Source: Polyangiaceae bacterium
GTDB lineage: Bacteria; Myxococcota_A; Polyangia; Polyangiales; Polyangiaceae
DNA length: 40,274 nucleotides
Direction: 5' to 3'
NCBI GenBank assembly: GCA_044222475.1
Contig: JBGANF010000070.1
Location: 1 to 40,274 of the forward strand
Positions 34,349 through 40,274 of the stretch are shown here, in pieces. The first letter of the stretch is position 1, and the number at the start of each line of letters is the position of its first letter. Both the position numbers and the translations under genes were made by a program. The notes under the pieces are model-generated. The model had not been told where the DNA came from and made no database searches. It saw only the letters and a list, made by a program, of their open reading frames with translations.

Positions 34349-36052
34349 TCAGTTCGGCGGCGGCGGCTCGGGAATGGAGAAGACCCGCAGGTCCAGGCCG
34401 CCCGGGTACATGTAGCTGGTGCGCGAGCCGTACCCGTAGACCACCAATCCAAAGGGATAAACTCCTTTGATTTCATGACCTTCCGGACCGTTCGCCGGCA
34501 GGAGGACGTGGGCGGTGGAGAACGGCTGGCCACCGACTGGGACGAACGTGTTGGTCGGGATCGGCGTGCCGTCGAGCGTGATCGTGTTCCCGTTGGCGCT
34601 GATCACGTCGATCCAGTTCTGGGTGTACGTCTTGGGCGCGAGGAACGAGTAGCTCGACCGGTACTGCTGGAGCGGAATCGCCGGGGACTCGCTGGGGTCA
34701 CCGAGGTCGGGGTTGGGCTCTCCGGCGTCGGCGCCGGCGTCGGGCGGGGGCCACGCCGAGAACTCGCCCTGGAGGTACTCGACGACGTTGATGCGACCGT
34801 TCGCGACGATCGCGAAGTTCTTGTCGACGCCGGGGAGATCGAGGACGTCGCCGGTGTTGAGCTTGGCGCCGTTGCGACCCGAGACGGGCGGATCGAACGC
34901 GACGAGCGTGTTGTCGTAGAACGCCATGATGCGGACCCAGATCTTCTCGCCATGGGGCGTCTGCGGCATCGACACGATGTACTGAGTGCCGAGCGTCTGG
35001 ATCGGGAACATCGACGACTCGAGGTGATCGCACGCGCGCTTCCCTTCGGGGATGAACGTGCAGCCGTGGCCCGCGTACGTGACGACCGGCTTGTCGGCCT
35101 TGAGGATCGAGCCGGAGAGATCGTGCGTGTACTTCGGGTTGTTCACGTCGCCGAGGTCCGAGAACATCTCGAGCACGTCGCCCTGTTGCAGCGTGTACGT
35201 GTAGGAGTCGCCGCGGAGCATGACGGCGGGGCCGTTGTTCGGCACGCCTTGGACCTTGCCGGCGGGGAAGACGGTGAGCTTGGTGTCGTTTTCGGTCGCG
35301 GTCACGGCGAAGAAGCCGGGCGTCGCGCCGAACGAGGGCCACGCGACGACGCCGTAGTCGCCGGTGGCGACCGTCGCCGGGAGGAGCAGCGCGGCGTCGT
35401 TCGAGTACGAGAAGCACTTGCCGACGCCGCCGTCGCCGGTGCCGGGGCACGGCGGCCCGGCGTCGATCTCGAACTCGAGCGCCGAGAACTGATAGACGCT
35501 GACCGGGAAGTCGCTCGTGAGGTGGTACGCACCCTTGGGGACGAGGCGGCTCTTGCCGGGATCGCCGACGACGGTGTTCTGATCGAACTGCGGGCCCTTG
35601 AGCGCGGCGACCCACGGGAGCGGGATCGCTTGGACCGAGCTCGCCGGGATCGTGACGGTGAGCGCCTGGCTGAGCGCGCCGCCGGTGACGGTGATGGTCA
35701 CCTGCTTCGACTGCGGGTTCGACACGGCGACCGCGTAGTTGAACTTGTCGTAGACGGGGTTGAGCGTGACCGTCGGCCAGTAGTCGCAGCCGATGTAGCT
35801 GTTGCGGTTCTTCGACTCGGTGCACGTCTCGGGGATGGGAGACACCGTCCCCGACTCGGGGTTGACGAAGACGTCGTCGAAGATGGGCGGCCCGGAGTCG
35901 TTGACCGGCGGCTCGGAGTCGTTGGTGGTCGCGTCCTTGCCGCCGTCGGCTCCCGGGGTGGTCTGAGGGTCGCTGCCGCACGCGGCGACCACGAGCGCGG
36001 CGGTCGCGCCGAGGCCGAGGACGACGGCGCTGAGGAGGATCGGCTTCTTCAT
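34349..36052 (-). CDS. Lipoprotein with IgGFc-binding-protein N-terminal-like domain
   Basis: VAAC lipobox; SYIGCDYW, PVSVYQF, SYSNDA.LLLP, DLSGS...ADKPV, CDHLE, GDPS, SYMYPGG. Confidence 0.85.
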   Translation of the reverse strand: MKKPILLSAVVLGLGATAALVVAACGSDPQTTPGADGGKDATTNDSEPPVNDSGPPIFDDVFVNPESGTVSPIPETCTESKNRNSYIGCDYWPTVTLNPVYDKFNYAVAVSNPQSKQVTITVTGGALSQALTVTIPASSVQAIPLPWVAALKGPQFDQNTVVGDPGKSRLVPKGAYHLTSDFPVSVYQFSALEFEIDAGPPCPGTGDGGVGKCFSYSNDAALLLPATVATGDYGVVAWPSFGATPGFFAVTATENDTKLTVFPAGKVQGVPNNGPAVMLRGDSYTYTLQQGDVLEMFSDLGDVNNPKYTHDLSGSILKADKPVVTYAGHGCTFIPEGKRACDHLESSMFPIQTLGTQYIVSMPQTPHGEKIWVRIMAFYDNTLVAFDPPVSGRNGAKLNTGDVLDLPGVDKNFAIVANGRINVVEYLQGEFSAWPPPDAGADAGEPNPDLGDPSESPAIPLQQYRSSYSFLAPKTYTQNWIDVISANGNTITLDGTPIPTNTFVPVGGQPFSTAHVLLPANGPEGHEIKGVYPFGLVVYGYGSRTSYMYPGGLDLRVFSIPEPPPPN

Positions 36053-37407
36053 CGCGCGGTCACCGGGCTGCCGATGCTGGCCGAGCCCCATCGGAAGTTG
36101 TCGAGGTTCACGGCCGAGTCGAGGATGCCGTCGGCCTCGTCGAAGATGATGAAGCTGAGCGTGAACTGCTCGCCCGGGGCGATCGGCGCGGTGGTCTTGA
36201 GCCAGTCCGTCGCGCCGCTGCCCTTGTTGAGGTTGCCGACGGTGAGCGAGGTCTGGCCGTACTTGATCTCGTAGCCGGTGCCGTTGAGCGTCGACAGCGG
36301 GAGCGCGCAGGCGTGCGTGTAGCCGAGGTTGTCACCGATGACGATCGACGTGCACGCCTGGAAGAACGAGTTGTTCACGTTGATGCGCGCGGCGTTCGCG
36401 TCGAACGCGATCTGCGTCCCTTGCGGGTACTTCTGCGACGTGAGCATCGCGAGGAACGTGTCGTTGAAGCCGCGGCACACGTAGGCGGGGTACTCCGTCG
36501 AGAAGAAGTTGAAGTCGAACGTGAACGAGCCGGCGTTGATCGGCGCGCGCAGCGTGAGCCGGAGCTCGGTGTAGTCCTTGATGGGGACGTTCGCCTCGCT
36601 CTGGCCAGTGCCGCACGGGTTCACGTTCTGCTGCGCGGTGAGCGGCGACGGGTGCGTGAACGAGTTCAGCAGATCCGTCCCGTCTCCCGGCCGATAACTG
36701 GGGGTGTCGGTGAGATCGTCGGCGATGCCGGTGGAGAAGAAGGCCATGTACGACCCCTTGTGGGGCGTGTAGCCGGTGCCCATGTGGGTCGTGATTCGCT
36801 TGGCCGACGCGTTGTTCGGCCCGTACCAGACGGCGCTGACGACGCTCTTGCACCGCGTGTCTTGGACGTCGCAGATGTCGGCCGCGCGGGCGTAGTCGAG
36901 CGCGTTCGTGGAGTGACCGGACGACAGCGTGCCGTCGCACAAGCGCAGGTTGTCGACTTGGCCGTCGCAGTCGTTGTCGATGCCGTCTTTGCCGACGGGA
37001 TCGCCGGAGGCGAGGTTCGTGTCGAACGCACACGGGTTCACGAGCGAGTTCTTGTCGTTGCAGTCGCCGTCGCAGGTGGTGAACCCGTCGAAGTCGTCGT
37101 CGAAGCAGAGCTGTCCGTCGGGCCCCTTGAGCACGTCGGCTTTGGCGAACCCGTCGAAGTTGTAGCCCGCCTCGACGACGGTGCCGTCGGGATCCACGGT
37201 CGCGTCGGGGACCGTTCCGTCCTGGCCGATCGTCGCGTCGGTGCCGGTGCCGGTGTCTTTGTTGGTGGTCGCGTCGTTGCCGGTGCTCGTGTCGTTGCCG
37301 CCGGCGTCGATGCCGGGCGTCACGGTGTCGTCGCTCGAGCACGCGCCCGAGACGACGAGGAGCAGGCTGGCGACGGCCAGTACGAGGGAGGGTCGATTTC
37401 GCCGCAT
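36049..37407 (-). CDS. Lipoprotein with Ca-binding-type DCND/DGIDNDCDG motifs and choice-of-anchor L-like domain
   Basis: SGAC lipobox; GDCND, DGIDNDCDGQVD, FDFNFFS.EYP.YVC..FND.F, G.TDWL.T.AP..PGE, D..DGILDS; ATGA-coupled to the next gene. Confidence 0.82.
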   Translation of the reverse strand: MRRNRPSLVLAVASLLLVVSGACSSDDTVTPGIDAGGNDTSTGNDATTNKDTGTGTDATIGQDGTVPDATVDPDGTVVEAGYNFDGFAKADVLKGPDGQLCFDDDFDGFTTCDGDCNDKNSLVNPCAFDTNLASGDPVGKDGIDNDCDGQVDNLRLCDGTLSSGHSTNALDYARAADICDVQDTRCKSVVSAVWYGPNNASAKRITTHMGTGYTPHKGSYMAFFSTGIADDLTDTPSYRPGDGTDLLNSFTHPSPLTAQQNVNPCGTGQSEANVPIKDYTELRLTLRAPINAGSFTFDFNFFSTEYPAYVCRGFNDTFLAMLTSQKYPQGTQIAFDANAARINVNNSFFQACTSIVIGDNLGYTHACALPLSTLNGTGYEIKYGQTSLTVGNLNKGSGATDWLKTTAPIAPGEQFTLSFIIFDEADGILDSAVNLDNFRWGSASIGSPVTAR

Positions 37408-37528
37408 TGGGTACACCCCGCCGTTCAGCGTACCAAGAACCTTCCGCCTCTAGCGGCAATTGGAATTCGCCGGTGCCGCTTTTGTTGTACAAGCGACTAC
37501 ACTCGGTCCGGCCGACCCTGTTCCTCCC

Positions 37529-38254
37529 TTGAGCACCTCCCCGATCGTCATCGCGTCCGACGTCAAGAAGAGCTTCGTCCACATGGGGCGAACGCTCGAC
37601 GTGCTGCGTGGGATCGACCTGGAGATCGACGCGGGCGAAATCGTCGGGATCGTTGGTCAATCCGGCGCCGGTAAGTCGACGTTCCTCCACTGCATCGGCA
37701 CGCTCGATGTGCCGTCGGCGGGGTCTTTGCGGATCGCCGGCGAAGAGGTGACGGAGATGTCCGGGGCGAAGCTCGCGGCGCTTCGCAACCGGACGATCGG
37801 CTTCGTCTTCCAGTTCCACCACCTCCTGCCGGAGTTCAACGCGCTCGAGAACGTGATGATGCCAGGGCTGATCCAAGGCACCGGGCGCGACGGCCTCGAG
37901 AAGCGCGCGAAGGAGCTCCTCGAGGAGGTCGGGTTGAAGGATCGCGCGTCACACCGCCCGGGTGAGCTCTCGGGCGGTGAGCAGCAGCGCGTCGCGCTCG
38001 CGCGGGCGCTCGTGCTGGACCCGAAGCTCATCCTCGCCGACGAGCCGACGGGCAACCTCGACTCGAAGACGAGCGCCCAGATCCACGAGCTGTTCTTTCA
38101 AGTGAACATGCAGCGAAAGACGACGCTCGTGATCGTCACGCACAACATGGCGCTGGCCGAGAGCATGCCGCGCATGATCACGCTGAAGGACGGGCGCGTC
38201 GAAAAGGACGAACGCCGAGAAGGCGGGCGGGTGGGATCGAAGCCGGAGGCGTAG
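37529..38254 (+). CDS. lolD: LolD-like ABC transporter ATP-binding protein
   Basis: [60 protein letters not shown]; start uncertain (TTG 37529). Confidence 0.9.
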   Translation: MSTSPIVIASDVKKSFVHMGRTLDVLRGIDLEIDAGEIVGIVGQSGAGKSTFLHCIGTLDVPSAGSLRIAGEEVTEMSGAKLAALRNRTIGFVFQFHHLLPEFNALENVMMPGLIQGTGRDGLEKRAKELLEEVGLKDRASHRPGELSGGEQQRVALARALVLDPKLILADEPTGNLDSKTSAQIHELFFQVNMQRKTTLVIVTHNMALAESMPRMITLKDGRVEKDERREGGRVGSKPEA

Positions 38255-38292
38255 GATTCTCTGGCGTCGAGCTCGCGACGCAGGAGGACCTC

Positions 38293-38559
38293 ATGAAGAT
38301 CAAGTCGATCGCGCTCGTTCTCATCGGCATCGTGTTGGGATGTGGAGCCGCAGCGGTGAGCCCGATTGTCCATTCCAACGCGCAGGCGAAGGCAGGATGG
38401 GGGTGCTACGTGCCCAACAAGTTCCCCGACCTTGAGCAAACCGCCTACAACCTCGATGACATGCGATCGGGCATGAACCAGATCGCGCCAAACACTCCGA
38501 GCGGCACGATCACCACGTTCATGGCGAACGGGAACCAAATCATCTGCGTGAAGCGGTAG
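38293..38559 (+). CDS. Small secreted hypothetical protein
   Basis: AGGAGG RBS; signal peptide; two Cys in the mature part. Confidence 0.78.
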   Translation: MKIKSIALVLIGIVLGCGAAAVSPIVHSNAQAKAGWGCYVPNKFPDLEQTAYNLDDMRSGMNQIAPNTPSGTITTFMANGNQIICVKR

Positions 38560-38607
38560 TTGGCGACGCCGATTGCTTTGATCGCGCCGCAGCGTACCAT
38601 CGCGCGG

Positions 38608-39006
38608 ATGGTGAAACCGTTCGTCCGCGAAGTTCTCTCCGTCGTTCTCGCGCTCGCCGTCGTGCTGGGTGCCACCTTGGCGTGCAAGGGAGGCAGCGGC
38701 AGCAGCGGGACTCCGAGCGGACCGATCGAGCCCGCGTCCGCGTTGTCGTCGACGAAAAAGGAGTACGCCGGCCACTGGGAAGGCGGCGGCGTGACGCTCG
38801 ACATCAGCTCGAGCGCGGTGAGCTACGTGAACAAGCAGGGCAACACGTCGACGACGTTGAATGGGACGCTCGATCACTTCGAAGGCGACGACATCGTGAT
38901 CAAGATCCTGATCCCGACGAGCACGCTGAAGGTGACGTCGCCGCCGACGCTGACCGGCGGAGAGTGGAAGATGACGGTCGAAGGCGTGGAAGTGACGCGC
39001 AAGTAG
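38608..39006 (+). CDS. Small beta-rich lipoprotein
   Basis: TLAC lipobox, G/S linker, YAGHWEG-type first strand. Confidence 0.78.
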   Translation: MVKPFVREVLSVVLALAVVLGATLACKGGSGSSGTPSGPIEPASALSSTKKEYAGHWEGGGVTLDISSSAVSYVNKQGNTSTTLNGTLDHFEGDDIVIKILIPTSTLKVTSPPTLTGGEWKMTVEGVEVTRK

Positions 39007-39056
39007 CGTCGAAAACCGTCCTTGTAATTTCGGAGTCTATATCCGAATCTACAAGG

Positions 39057-40208
39057 ATGGATCGCGACCTCGCCCGGGCCGACCTCGCCGCGGCACTCCG
39101 GCGTTCTCCCATCGTCGCCCTCGTCGGTCCGCGGCAGGTCGGCAAGACGACGTTGGCGCACGATGCCACGCAGAAGGCCCGCGGAGGGGCCACTTGGTTC
39201 GACCTCGAGGACCCCACCGACCTTGCGCGCCTCGCGGACCCGAGACTCGCACTCGGTGATGCACCGTCGCTCGTCGTCATCGACGAGGTCCAGCGACGAC
39301 CCGATCTGTTCCCGGTCCTCCGCGTGCTCGTGGACGAGCCGGGAAAACGGCGCCGCTTCCTCCTGCTCGGAAGCGCCTCGGGCGACCTCCTTCGCCAGTC
39401 GTCGGAGACGTTGGCCGGTCGCATCACGTACCTCGAGCTCGCGCCGTTCTCCATCTTCGAGACCGCCGAGGTGGGTCGACTGTGGCTGCGGGGCGGCATG
39501 CCACGCGCCTTCCTCGCCCGCTCGGACGCGATGGCTTTTGCGTGGCTCGGCGACTACGTGAATACGTTTCTCGAGCGCGACGTCCCGTCGTTCGGTTTGC
39601 GAATCGCGCCCGCTGCGCTCCGGCGGTTCTGGATGATGCTCGCTCACGTCCACGGGCAGACGCTCAACCTGTCCGAGCTCGGACGTTCGATGGATGTGAC
39701 CGACAAGACGATCCGTCATTACGTCGACGTCCTCGCGCAGTCGTTCATGGTTCGCGAGCTCCAGCCCTGGCACGCGAACATCTCGAAGCGTCAGGTGAAG
39801 GCTCCGAAGGTCTACCTTCGCGACAGCGGCGTTCTCCACTCTCTGCTGGCGATCCGGAGCGCGCGCGCGCTCGCCGTCCACCCGAAGGTCGGCGCCTCTT
39901 GGGAAGGGTTTGCGCTGGAAAACGTTCTCCGAACCTTGCGCACGCCGTCGCACGAGTGCTTCTTCTGGGCGACCCAAGCGGCGGCGGAGCTCGACCTCTT
40001 GGTGTTCCCACGCGGCAAGAGGATCGGCTTCGAGTTCAAGCGGACGGATTCGCCGAAGAAGACGAAGTCGATCCAGATCGCCGGCGAGGATCTCGCCCTC
40101 GATCACGTGTTCGTCGTGTACCCGGGTGCGAGGTCCTTCCCGTTGTCGAAGGACGTCACCGCGCTCGCGCTCGGTGACGTTCCCGCGAGACTCGCGAAGC
40201 TCGCGTGA
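39057..40208 (+). CDS. AAA+ ATPase with C-terminal DUF4143 (PD-(D/E)xK-like) domain
   Basis: GPRQVGKTT, IDEVQR, LLGSAS, ETLAGR, LRGGMP, KAPKVYLRDSG, ELDLL...GFEFK. Confidence 0.9.
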   Translation: MDRDLARADLAAALRRSPIVALVGPRQVGKTTLAHDATQKARGGATWFDLEDPTDLARLADPRLALGDAPSLVVIDEVQRRPDLFPVLRVLVDEPGKRRRFLLLGSASGDLLRQSSETLAGRITYLELAPFSIFETAEVGRLWLRGGMPRAFLARSDAMAFAWLGDYVNTFLERDVPSFGLRIAPAALRRFWMMLAHVHGQTLNLSELGRSMDVTDKTIRHYVDVLAQSFMVRELQPWHANISKRQVKAPKVYLRDSGVLHSLLAIRSARALAVHPKVGASWEGFALENVLRTLRTPSHECFFWATQAAAELDLLVFPRGKRIGFEFKRTDSPKKTKSIQIAGEDLALDHVFVVYPGARSFPLSKDVTALALGDVPARLAKLA

Positions 40209-40217
40209 CCGAGGGGC

Positions 40218-40274
40218 TCACGGTTTCGCGAAGACGAGCTTCGTCCCGACCGGGACGGTGAACTTGTCCATGGG
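40218..40274 (-). CDS. 3' end of a gene entering from the right edge (...PMDKFTVPVGTKLVFAKP*)
   Basis: Open frame with G/C third positions ending in TGA, convergent on the ATPase gene. Confidence 0.45.
   Translation of the reverse strand, partial: PMDKFTVPVGTKLVFAKP

Noticed and set aside
72..40177. Many long overlapping ORFs on opposite or shifted frames (e.g. 3287-5602, 8477-10774, 28807-31083, 33578-36274)
   Set aside because: Arg/Ala/Pro-rich shadow frames expected in very GC-rich DNA; each overlaps a gene with clear family motifs
39057..40208. AAA+/DUF4143 ATPase as a possible defence system
   Set aside because: A widespread stand-alone family; no partner defence genes are visible in the window

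Overview
High-GC window that looks like a myxobacterial (Polyangiaceae-like) chromosome. This is inferred from the Pkn kinase, the many lipoproteins with low-complexity linkers, and the IgGFc-binding and choice-of-anchor L proteins. A housekeeping backbone (prfB with its +1 frameshift, lysS, lolC/E, lolD; all + strand) is interrupted by accessory blocks: an NAD-linked formate dehydrogenase (fused NuoE/F-like subunit, fdhF, fdhD, mobA), allantoin/urate catabolism (allB, alc-uraD fusion, uraH) and four tandem paralogous lipoproteins. Most notable: (1) a six-gene operon at 15.7-20.9 kb encoding a desaturase/hydroxylase, a divergent Lgt, a GT1 glycosyltransferase, a 60-aa peptide ending in a lipobox-like FAC-GHH, a ferritin-like diiron protein and a radical SAM enzyme of the tetraether-synthase (Tes/GDGT-MAS) family, which may build a novel tail-cross-linked lipid or minimal lipopeptide; (2) a near-consensus sigma54 promoter firing into a ~430-nt, highly structured region with no credible ORF (candidate sRNA); (3) a structured repeat whose two copies share flanks but have different middle hairpins; (4) an exact 84-bp in-frame duplication and a deletion/frameshift at the 3' end of alc-uraD. 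All family calls come from motif recognition only; no searches were run.
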